DNA from: an uncultured Alphaproteobacteria bacterium
GTDB lineage: Bacteria > Pseudomonadota > Alphaproteobacteria > Rhizobiales > Xanthobacteraceae
NCBI GenBank assembly: GCA_963822795.1
Contig: CAWGJM010000045.1
Location: 58,497 to 122,496 of the forward strand
Reading direction: 5' to 3'
DNA: 64,000 bases
The position numbers and the translations under genes were made by a program. A model generated the notes under the pieces. It did not search any database. It had not been told where the DNA came from and was given only the letters and a program-made list of their open reading frames with translations. This document shows positions 1-7,703 of this stretch, in pieces (within the stretch, counting starts at the first letter, position 1; the number at the start of each line of letters is the position of its first letter).

Positions 1-274
1 CCGGTGACGTATCGGCTCTCAGCATGTGGAGACCGGGGCCATAGGTCACGACATCCACGGTTACTTCTTTGCCCTTTGAGCGATAATATTCGATGATGTT
101 GGTCGCATTGTTGAGGGCGAGATTCATGACCGCCGGATCATTCTGATCGATCTGGATGAGTACGCGATGCGGCTTTGCCGATCGTTCCGCCTTCGTGTCG
201 GCCGCCGAGGCGCCCGAAGCAAGGATCAGCGATGCCAAAGCCACAGCGGCCGTCCGATGAAACAATGTACGCAT
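1..274 (-). CDS. DsrE/DsrF-like family protein with signal peptide (3' end outside window)
   Basis: Own reverse-strand translation from ATG at 272-274 gives MRTLFHRTAAVALASLILASGASAADTKAE...VLIQIDQNDPAVMNLALNNATNIIEYYRSKGKEVTVDVVTYGPGLHMLRADTSP, open to position 1. It resembles DsrE-like proteins from memory. It is absent from the ORF track because it runs off the window. Confidence 0.55.
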   Translation of the reverse strand, partial: MRTLFHRTAAVALASLILASGASAADTKAERSAKPHRVLIQIDQNDPAVMNLALNNATNIIEYYRSKGKEVTVDVVTYGPGLHMLRADTSP

Positions 275-443
275 GACAATTCCCCCGCAATTCAATTTTG
301 GTTAAAATGATAGGTAACCTACTAAAATCATGATTGAATTTGATTACGGCCATATCCCAACCAAATCAAGCCGACTTCTTGGCCGGTCGCCGACCTTCGC
401 ATCCCCGGGGAGAAAGACGCAACGAAAGACGCAATGTGAGAGC

Positions 444-473
444 AAAAAAGCCGCCCCTCCGGGGAGGGACGGC
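444..473 (-). terminator. Rho-independent terminator of the His-rich small gene
   Basis: Minus strand reads GCCGTCCCTCC-CC-GGAGGGGCGGC (11-nt arms, one mismatch) followed directly by TTTTTT, about 34 nt after the stop at 507. Confidence 0.65.
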
Positions 474-506
474 AAAACGCGATACTACCCACATACTTAT
501 CCGCGA

Positions 507-722
507 TTAATGCTGGCCGTGCTGCTCGGCGTGATGACGGCTCGCCTCTACATGATGATGCTCGGCGTGGCTGGCATGGCCGTGGGCGGTGTGCGCATGA
601 TGCGCCGCCTTCTCGTGATCGCCGGCCTCGTGATGCTTGGCGGCCTCCCGATGATGCTTTGCCGCATGTTCATGGTGCTCGGCCGCCTTCTGGTGATGCT
701 CAACGCCCTTATGTTCGCTCAT
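507..722 (-). CDS. Histidine-rich small protein (71 aa), possible metal-binding protein
   Basis: The ORF MSEHKGVEHHQKAAEHHEHAAKHHREAAKHHEAGDHEK... has 24 His in 71 residues by my count. A GGGAGAG Shine-Dalgarno sits 5-6 nt before the ATG, and the gene has its own terminator at 444-473. Confidence 0.7.
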   Translation of the reverse strand: MSEHKGVEHHQKAAEHHEHAAKHHREAAKHHEAGDHEKAAHHAHTAHGHASHAEHHHVEASRHHAEQHGQH

Positions 723-767
723 ATTTCTCTCCCGGTCTGATGGCTAAGGGTCCGAAAACTTTACGCA

Positions 768-785
768 ATTCGCGTGTACGCGAAT
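768..785. promoter_or_regulatory. Inverted repeat ATTCGCG-N4-CGCGAAT in the divergent promoter region
   Basis: 7-bp perfect arms about 45 nt upstream of the His-rich gene start. The binding factor is unknown. Confidence 0.2.
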
Positions 786-870
786 CGCCTGACACTACGC
801 TGACAGCATCAAGACAGGTTTGTTGCGGTTGACGGACAGGAGCATCCGCCCCGTGCGCTTTACGGTCACG

Positions 871-895
871 GGAACGTCATGTCATTTACCCTGTC
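871..895 (+). promoter_or_regulatory. Candidate ECF-type promoter (GGAAC-N17-GTC)
   Basis: GGAAC at 871-875, a 17-nt spacer, then GTC at 893-895, about 100 nt upstream of the metallophosphoesterase ATG. An ECF sigma gene lies downstream in the same direction. This is a motif match only. Confidence 0.25.
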
Positions 896-994
896 CCGCC
901 CTGCCCCCTCCGGCTTCGGAAATCCCGGGAATAAACCCTGCCCGCGCCCGATCAAGCTACCGGTACCCAATCATGGGTCCATGGAGAGAGCGCG

Positions 995-1945
995 ATGAGC
1001 CATCACGATCACGACCACAACAATGAAGAACGCGGCGTCAGCCGCCGCAAGGTGCTGGAATGCATGACCTGGGCCGGCACCGGCGTACTCTGGACCATTT
1101 CGGGCGGCGTGCCGCGCTCGCTCGGACTTGTCGACGCCGCGAACGCCGCCGAACCGAGCGGTTTGAGTTTCCTGCAGATCAGCGACAGCCATGTCGGCTT
1201 TGACAAGCCGGCCAACCCGAACGCGCTCGGCACGCTCGAGGAGGCCATCAACAAGGTCAAGGCGATGGAGAAGAAGCCGTCGTTCATGATCCACACCGGC
1301 GACATCTCGCATCTGTCGAAGGCTTCCGAATTCGACGACGCCGAGCGCATCATCTCGCAGGCCAAGCTCGACGTGCATTACGTGCCGGGCGAGCACGATT
1401 TCCTCGACGAAGAGATCAAGCTCTACAAGGACCGCTACGGCAAGGGCACCAAGGGCGCCGGCTATTACTCCTTCGACGCCAACGGCGTGCATTTCATCGG
1501 CCTCGTCAACGTCGTCGATCTGAAGGCCGGCGGGCTCGGCAATCTCGGTGCCGAGCAGCTCGAATGGCTTGAGGACGACCTCAAGGGGAAGTCGAAATCC
1601 ATCCCAATCGTCGTGTTCGCCCATATTCCGCTCTGGACGGTGTATCCGGAATGGGGCTGGGGCACCGAGGACGGCGGCCGCGCGCTGGAATATCTCAAGG
1701 GCTTTGGCTCGGTGACGGTGCTCAACGGCCACATCCACCAGGTGATGCAGAAGGTCGAAGGCGCCGTCACCTTCCACACCGCGCGTTCAACCGCGTTCCC
1801 GCAGCCCGCGCCGGGCACCGCCCCCTCGCCTGGACCGATGAAGGTCGCGGACGACAAGCTGCGCGGCCTGCTCGGCATCGCCAGCGTCAACTTCAAGATG
1901 GGCGACCAGCGCCTCGCCATCATCGACACGCCGCTACAGGGTTAA
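995..1945 (+). CDS. Tat-exported metallophosphoesterase (calcineurin-like)
   Basis: Twin-arginine motif SRRKVLE, then the phosphoesterase motifs ISDSHVG, HTGDISH, VPGEHDF and LNGHIHQ. A GGAGAGAG RBS precedes the ATG. Confidence 0.85.
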   Translation: MSHHDHDHNNEERGVSRRKVLECMTWAGTGVLWTISGGVPRSLGLVDAANAAEPSGLSFLQISDSHVGFDKPANPNALGTLEEAINKVKAMEKKPSFMIHTGDISHLSKASEFDDAERIISQAKLDVHYVPGEHDFLDEEIKLYKDRYGKGTKGAGYYSFDANGVHFIGLVNVVDLKAGGLGNLGAEQLEWLEDDLKGKSKSIPIVVFAHIPLWTVYPEWGWGTEDGGRALEYLKGFGSVTVLNGHIHQVMQKVEGAVTFHTARSTAFPQPAPGTAPSPGPMKVADDKLRGLLGIASVNFKMGDQRLAIIDTPLQG

Positions 1946-1948
1946 GGA

Positions 1949-2323
1949 ATGCTCGAAATGACGAAAGCCTGTTCCCGCAGCCTGGATGTTTGGCGTCTTG
2001 GCGTTGGCCGTCTCGGCATTCGCCTTGCAATTGCTGCGGCCATTCTCCTGCCGCTTGGCGCCTTCAGCGCGCATGCAGATCAAGTGAAGGTGACGATCGA
2101 CAACTTCACCTTCACTCCGCCTGAGTTGAAGCTGAAGGTCGGCGATACCGTGACCTGGACCAACCACGACGACATCCCGCACACCGTGGTGTCGGCAGGC
2201 AAGTTCAGGTCGAAGGCCATGGATACCGACAACACCTTCACCTTTACCTTCACCGCAGCGGGCGACTACAAGTATTTTTGTTCGCTGCACCCTCACATGA
2301 CCGGAACGATCAAGGTTGAGTAG
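1949..2323 (+). CDS. Cupredoxin (amicyanin/pseudoazurin-like blue copper protein), secreted
   Basis: The C-terminal YKYFCSLHPHMTGTIKVE matches the type-1 Cu ligand pattern C-x2-H-x2-M, and the N-terminus is a hydrophobic signal. The ATG at 1958 has better SD spacing and may be the true start. Confidence 0.8.
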   Translation: MLEMTKACSRSLDVWRLGVGRLGIRLAIAAAILLPLGAFSAHADQVKVTIDNFTFTPPELKLKVGDTVTWTNHDDIPHTVVSAGKFRSKAMDTDNTFTFTFTAAGDYKYFCSLHPHMTGTIKVE

Positions 2324-2350
2324 CAGCCAAATACAAGGCATCAGAGGAAT

Positions 2351-2380
2351 GCCCGGCCGGTGGGTTCCTGCCGGCCGGGC
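2351..2380 (+). terminator. Strong GC hairpin between the cupredoxin and sigma genes (terminator, attenuator or mRNA stabiliser)
   Basis: GCCCGGCCGG-N10-CCGGCCGGGC has perfect 10-bp arms. No T-run follows. Confidence 0.35.
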
Positions 2381-2414
2381 ACACGCTCCCACTGCAACCG
2401 CCGGGCAAGAAGCG

Positions 2415-2975
2415 ATGCCGGTCAGCTCTTTCAACGACCCCGACAGGGCGCGGCGGTTTCGCGAGGCGGCGTTGCCGCATCTTGACGACGTCTATACGCT
2501 GGCGCGCTATCTGTTGCGCGACCCGGCCGACGCCGAGGATGCGGTGCAGGAATGCTATCTTCGCGCGCTGAAGCATTTCGACGGCTACCGCGGCCCAGCG
2601 ATGAAGCCCTGGCTGTTTGCGATCCTGCGCAACGTCTGCCGTGCCGAATACGCGCGCCGCGCTTCCTCGCCGGCCACCGGCGTCATCGAGGACATGCCGG
2701 AAAGCGCCGAGCAGGCACCCTTGTGGCACGAGGCGCAGGAGACGCCGGAAGCACAGATGCTACGCGACCGCGAGGCGGTCACGATCCGGCGCCTGATCGA
2801 TACGCTGGCCGAGCCGTTCCGCGAGACGTTCGTGCTACGTGAGATCAACAACCTTTCCTATCGCGAAATCGCCGACGCGGTCGGGGCTCCGGTCGGCACC
2901 GTGATGTCGCGTCTCGCGCGCGCCCGCGCCATGCTGCGGTCGGCATGGATGGCGGAACAGGAGCAACCGAAATGA
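2415..2975 (+). CDS. ECF-family RNA polymerase sigma factor
   Basis: Region 2-like DAEDAVQECYLRALKHF and region 4 HTH LSYREIADAVGAPVGTVMSRLARAR. I placed the start at the ATG at 2415 (MPVSSFNDPD...), not at the ORF-track start of 2316. Confidence 0.85.
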   Translation: MPVSSFNDPDRARRFREAALPHLDDVYTLARYLLRDPADAEDAVQECYLRALKHFDGYRGPAMKPWLFAILRNVCRAEYARRASSPATGVIEDMPESAEQAPLWHEAQETPEAQMLRDREAVTIRRLIDTLAEPFRETFVLREINNLSYREIADAVGAPVGTVMSRLARARAMLRSAWMAEQEQPK

Positions 2976-3742
2976 CTTGCGACGAGGCCGAAATCCTTCT
3001 CCACGCGCTGATCGACGGCGAGCTCGACGCCGGGCACGCGCTCGAGGTCGAGGCACATATCGCCGACTGTCCGGCTTGCGCCTCGGAGTTTGCCGCCTAT
3101 CGCCGGATGGGCCAGGCGATTGCGAAGGCCGACCTGCGCTACACCGCCCCGCCTGAGCTGCGGCGACGCATCGAGGCCTCGCTGCCGCAGCCCCCGCAGC
3201 AGCAGGCTCCGAGCCGGCGCTCGGTGCTGCGCGGCTTTGCATTGGGGTCGGCGGTGTCGGCGATCGCGGCGACCGGCCTGTTCGCCATCGTGCTGCGCAG
3301 CGACGACGAGCAGCGTATCGAATCGGAGGTCGTCTCGGCGCATCTGCGTTCGCTGCAGGCCGGACATTTGATCGACGTCGTCTCCACCGACCAGCACACG
3401 GTCAAGCCGTGGTTCAACGGTAAGCTCGACGTGTCGCCGCCGGTGATAGACTTGACGGCGCAGGGCTTCACCTTGATCGGCGGACGGCTCGATTATGTCG
3501 ATGCCCGCGCCATCGGCGCCGTCGTCTACAAGCGTCGCGCGCACGTCATCAACCTGTTCGTGTCGCAGACTGCGAACACCGAGCGCAAGCCTGCAAAGAT
3601 GGAAACGATCCAGGGGTTCAACATCCGCTCCTGGAGCGATCGCGGATTGAACTACTGGGCGGTCAGCGATGTTGGTGCCGACGAGCTCGCCGAATTCGGC
3701 GAGAAATTCGAGGCCGCGGTGGAGAACAGCAAGGAAGGCTGA
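2972..3742 (+). CDS. Anti-sigma factor, ZAS type (H-x3-C-x2-C), single-pass membrane protein
   Basis: ATGA overlap with the sigma stop. The N-terminus MTCDEAEILLHALIDGELD...HIADCPAC carries the zinc anti-sigma motif, followed by a TM segment (SVLRGFALGSAVSAIAATGLFAIVL). Confidence 0.8.
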   Translation: MTCDEAEILLHALIDGELDAGHALEVEAHIADCPACASEFAAYRRMGQAIAKADLRYTAPPELRRRIEASLPQPPQQQAPSRRSVLRGFALGSAVSAIAATGLFAIVLRSDDEQRIESEVVSAHLRSLQAGHLIDVVSTDQHTVKPWFNGKLDVSPPVIDLTAQGFTLIGGRLDYVDARAIGAVVYKRRAHVINLFVSQTANTERKPAKMETIQGFNIRSWSDRGLNYWAVSDVGADELAEFGEKFEAAVENSKEG

Positions 3743-4041
3743 GAACCAGGCGCGTACTCACAAATGGAGCTTGATTGGCTCCTCGATGCCGCTATGCGCC
3801 GATACCGGCCAAATTCCGCATCGCAGCGGAATGACGCGATGTGCCAATTCCGGACTCATACGCGACGGCAATCGCTACCGATGGTAGCGGGCCGCTCTGT
3901 TCCTTGCCGCTACATGTACCATCCACAGTACGCCAAGTTAACTTAGAGCTGTGTAGTGTGATCTGCCTGACACGCACGTTACGAGCCTCTAGATATCCTT
4001 AGATATCCTTTGAAACCCTTGTGACGGAAAGGGAGGGTATC

Positions 4042-5118
4042 ATGGCTTTCACGACGACCGGTCTGAGCAACGGAGGAGTCACGACCCACTACAACTTCCA
4101 GTACAACGACTCCCTTGAGCAAAGCGCGGCGAACCCGACGGGACCGGAGCCGGCGCGCACCAACGCGGTCATCGCCGCCGCGGAGGGCGACTTCAACCAG
4201 ATGACGAGCTGGGGTCGCACACCTGTCGGGAGCAAGGCTCACATCTACTGGCCTCAGGTGAGCGTGAATCAGATGCTCGCGCTGGCTGGCCGGCTCTACG
4301 GCTCGCACCTACTTTCGGCCTCGGACGCGCATACCATCGACCGCACGGTCACGCGCGGCGTCACCTAAGTTCCCATTCCGCCGGGTACGGGCCAGAACTT
4401 TGCGGGCTTGTTGACCGTCGATTTGCCCATCACGGTGACCGATGGGCAGGAGTTCAACATCATCGTCCGTCGCGTTGCCACGCGGCGTGTTCTGGTCGAT
4501 TTCCCCAAATCGCCGCCCCCGCAGCCGCGCATCGCTGCATCCGCCAGGACGGCCCGCGAAAGGCCAGCCAAGAAGACTGCCGAGGCCGAGGAGGCACCAA
4601 CCGCGGCAGCGGTTTCACGGCACCCGGCGATGCGCAACTGGCGTTACGTCGTCGGGACGTTCCAGGTGAAAATCCCCGTCACCACGAGAGCGGTGATGCT
4701 GCGCCCGGAAGAAAACACGCTTGCCATCATGAAGTGGCGCCTGCAGCAGATGAAACCTGGCAATCGCTGGCGGCCGGTGCTTGAACGCTACATCGATTAT
4801 CTTTCCGCGCGCGTCGACGGACTCGGAGGAGATTCGAACAGCATTCAGCCTTCACCCAATGGCGTGCCGATCGGCCCTGGCAAGGGCTCCGAGAAAGACG
4901 AGCCCTTCACTGGCCGTGTCGCAGAAGTGCTGTTCGACTGCTTCGGCGAATTCGAGGGCTTCGTGCTGGTGGGCTGCTGCGAGCGACGCGCTTTCGAGTG
5001 TTGCGAGCCCGGCATTCGGGACCTCGTGCTGCGCGCCTGCCGCGAGCGGCTTACCATCAGCGTGTTCGCGGGATGCAAAGGTGAGAAGATCGAGCGGCTG
5101 GTTGTGAAGTGCTGCTGA
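4042..5118 (+). pseudogene. Unrecognised 358-codon frame interrupted by an in-frame TAA (4366-4368); alternatively two ORFs, 4042-4368 and 4408-5118
   Basis: The ATG at 4042 follows AAGGGAGGG. Both track ORFs share one frame, and high GC3 continues across the TAA. The downstream part has only a TTG start and no SD. The C-terminal 66 aa contain 9 Cys and end in KCC. Confidence 0.5.
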
Positions 5119-5578
5119 CACGAAGGATGCCTGCACCCGAAGTGGCGGAGCGGAGCTGACACTTGAGCGGATCGCGGGAACACCTCCTGAGATTACGGGA
5201 CAGGTGTCCTCAGTTAAACTCACCGCATGAAGCGAGTCTGATCCATTGTCGCAGCATTGCTGGCCTTCATCATCGCGGGATTGGCAGCATTTGCCGTTCT
5301 GACACCGGCAGGCGCACTCATCTGGTCGGCAACAATGACCGCCATATTTGCCCCACCACCGCCACCGCTGCTAGCACATGCAACCGGTGCAAGCGGCTGG
5401 ACGCTTACCGAACAGGGCTTCGAACTTGCCGAGTCATGCCAAAACGATTTCACGATTCGTCGTGCCTGGTTTCAAGGCCCAACGCGCGGGGCCATGTTTG
5501 AAACGCACGCCGAGATTTAAAGGCGACACCCTGGTCTGGGCTAAGGGCTTCGTGACGTTCCTCGGCTTGTAGCGTTGC

Positions 5579-6970
5579 TTAAGCCGACTTGCGCACGGCG
5601 TTGTCGACCAGCGTCTTGCCGAGCGACCAGATCGCGCCAGGAACCTTGTGGCTGGAGGCGATCACGGAATTGAACGCCGTCTCGATCCAGTTGCAGTCCT
5701 CTTCGGTGATGGTCAAGGGCGGCAACAGCTTGATGGTGTGGCTGCCGTGGCCGGAGACCTGGGTCAGGATCTTGTGATCCTTGAACAGCGGCACCGTGAT
5801 CAGCTGGCAGAACAGGCCCTTGCTCGCGGTCTCCAGCACGCTCCACGACGCCTTCAGCCGCAGCGATTTCGGCGGACCGAATTCGACGCCGATCATCAGC
5901 CCCTTGCCGCGAACCTCTTTCATCAACTCGTAGCCGGGGACCATGCGGGTCAACGCCAGCCGCAATTCGGCGCCTCGCTTGGCGGCAACCTCGATCAGCT
6001 TCTCGGCCTCGAGCACTTCGAGCGTGGCGATGCCGGCCGCCATCGCGAGGTCGTTTTTCGCAAACGTGGATCCGTGCACGACCGCACGGTCCATTTGATT
6101 GAATATCTTGTCGAAGATGCTCTTGCGGGTCAAAAGCGCGCCAACCGGCACATGGCCGCCGGACAAGGCTTTCGCGAGCAGCACCATGTCCGGTTCGACG
6201 TTCCAGTGCTCGACCGCGAGGAAGCGCCCGGTGCGCCCGACCCCGGTCTGGATTTCGTCGGCGATGAACAACGATCCGTATTTGCGACACAACGCGGCCG
6301 CGCCCGGCAGGAACTCGTCGCTCGGCATGTTGACGCCCTTGCCCTGGATCGGCTCGACGATGAAGGCGGCAACCTGGCGCGACGACAGCGCCTGTTCCAG
6401 CGCGGCGAGATCGTTGAAAGGAATCCCCGTGCATCCCGGCAACAGCGGTTCGAAACCGCTGCGGAAATTGGCGTCATCGGTAAGCGACAACGCGCCATAG
6501 GACAATCCGTGAAACGCATGCGTGCAGTAGACGATGCCGGGACGCCCCGTGGCACCGCGCGCGAACTTGATCGCGGCCTCGACCGTCTCCGCGCCGGAAT
6601 TGGCGAAAAACACCTTGTCCAGATATGGTACATATTCGAGGAGGCGCTCGGCCAGGACGCCGGCAAGCGTGGAAACGTCGAGCTGCACGAGATTGGGCAG
6701 GTCGCTGTCGAGCACGCTCTTCAAGGCCGCGCGCAGCGCCGGATGGTTGCGGCCAATTGCAAAAACGCCGAAACCGCTCAATAAGTCGAGATAGCGTGCG
6801 CCGTCGCGATCGAACAGATACTGGCCTTGACCCTTCTGGAACCCGACGTCGTATCCGATTGTCTTGAGAACGCGTACCAACTGCTCGTTGAGGTGAAGCG
6901 CATGCATGGTACTGCGCTGCGCCTGCCGCTCAACAAACATGCCGGAAACGTCTAGATTGGAACTTAGCAT
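5579..6970 (-). CDS. hpnO: Class-III (ornithine/acetylornithine-type) PLP aminotransferase, HpnO-like
   Basis: Class-III aminotransferase pattern (ANSGAETVEAAIKFAR, IADEIQTGVGRTGRF, LLAKALSGG) next to hpnN, as in known hopanoid loci. Confidence 0.65.
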   Translation of the reverse strand: MLSSNLDVSGMFVERQAQRSTMHALHLNEQLVRVLKTIGYDVGFQKGQGQYLFDRDGARYLDLLSGFGVFAIGRNHPALRAALKSVLDSDLPNLVQLDVSTLAGVLAERLLEYVPYLDKVFFANSGAETVEAAIKFARGATGRPGIVYCTHAFHGLSYGALSLTDDANFRSGFEPLLPGCTGIPFNDLAALEQALSSRQVAAFIVEPIQGKGVNMPSDEFLPGAAALCRKYGSLFIADEIQTGVGRTGRFLAVEHWNVEPDMVLLAKALSGGHVPVGALLTRKSIFDKIFNQMDRAVVHGSTFAKNDLAMAAGIATLEVLEAEKLIEVAAKRGAELRLALTRMVPGYELMKEVRGKGLMIGVEFGPPKSLRLKASWSVLETASKGLFCQLITVPLFKDHKILTQVSGHGSHTIKLLPPLTITEEDCNWIETAFNSVIASSHKVPGAIWSLGKTLVDNAVRKSA

Positions 6971-7070
6971 CAGCTACATACTTCGATTGATGGCCATTTG
7001 GTCAACTGAAAACGCTCAATGCGGCGTTTTGCCCTTATTCCGACCATCAAAGCAAGCACAGGATTAAGCC

Positions 7071-7703
7071 ATGTTGCACTGCCCAAGGAAACTCATGCGG
7101 ACAGCCATATATTTTTCCGGAATGCTGCTTGTAACCAGCCTTACGCCTGCTTTGGCGGCCGACCCGACCGGTGATTGGCAGGTTGCGGAGGGCGTCGCCA
7201 ATATCCGCGTTGCACAATGTAACGGCAATATGTGGGGCGTGGTGGTGTGGGAAAAAGAGCCGGGCGGCCACGACGGCAACAATCCCGATGCTTCAAAAAA
7301 GGACAGGCCGACGCTCGGCATGCCGATCCTGCTCGACATGAAAAAGAAGGCGGGCTCCGATCAGTGGGAAGGTCAAGTCTATAACGCCAAGGACGGGCAG
7401 ACCTATAGTTCCACCATTACGCCGACAGACTCCGACCACATGGAGATTCGAGGCTGCGTGCTGGGCTTTCTCTGCGGCGGCGAGACCTGGACCCGGGTCG
7501 GTCCTCCAATTCCCTCTGGCCCTGCCAACAGCATGGCCAAGGGAATGGCGCCGAAGGGCGGCGTGGCGCCGAAGCACGCGACGGCGGGCACGGCTCCCGC
7601 CAGGACCACCGGGTCGGTCGCCGGGCAGAAGACGGCCGGCAAGCCGGCCGACGCCGTCGGCGATATCTGCCTACTCCCCGACGTCGCGGGGCTTGCCCAT
7701 TAG
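7071..7703 (+). CDS. DUF2147-like secreted protein with a low-complexity Pro/Ala/Gly tail
   Basis: Signal peptide, then ADPTGDWQV...GVVVW...NNPD...DRPTLGMPILLDMKK...WEGQVYNAKDGQTYSSTITP...MEIRGC, which fits the DUF2147 pattern from memory. Alternative start at 7095. The 3' end overlaps the hpnN 3' end by 33 nt. Confidence 0.6.
   Translation: MLHCPRKLMRTAIYFSGMLLVTSLTPALAADPTGDWQVAEGVANIRVAQCNGNMWGVVVWEKEPGGHDGNNPDASKKDRPTLGMPILLDMKKKAGSDQWEGQVYNAKDGQTYSSTITPTDSDHMEIRGCVLGFLCGGETWTRVGPPIPSGPANSMAKGMAPKGGVAPKHATAGTAPARTTGSVAGQKTAGKPADAVGDICLLPDVAGLAH

Noticed and set aside
330-740. 136-aa plus-strand ORF rich in Met, Leu, Gly and Val
   Set aside because: It is the reverse-complement shadow of the His-rich gene, since CAT/CAC His codons read as ATG/GTG. 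It has no SD, and the SD and terminator support the minus-strand gene.
5257-5520. 87-aa ORF (TTG start) with a hydrophobic N-terminus, in the gap between the Cys-rich frame and hpnO
   Set aside because: It has no ATG or SD, and its third-position GC is only moderate compared with neighbouring genes. I cannot support it as a gene, though the 5120-5578 gap remains unexplained.
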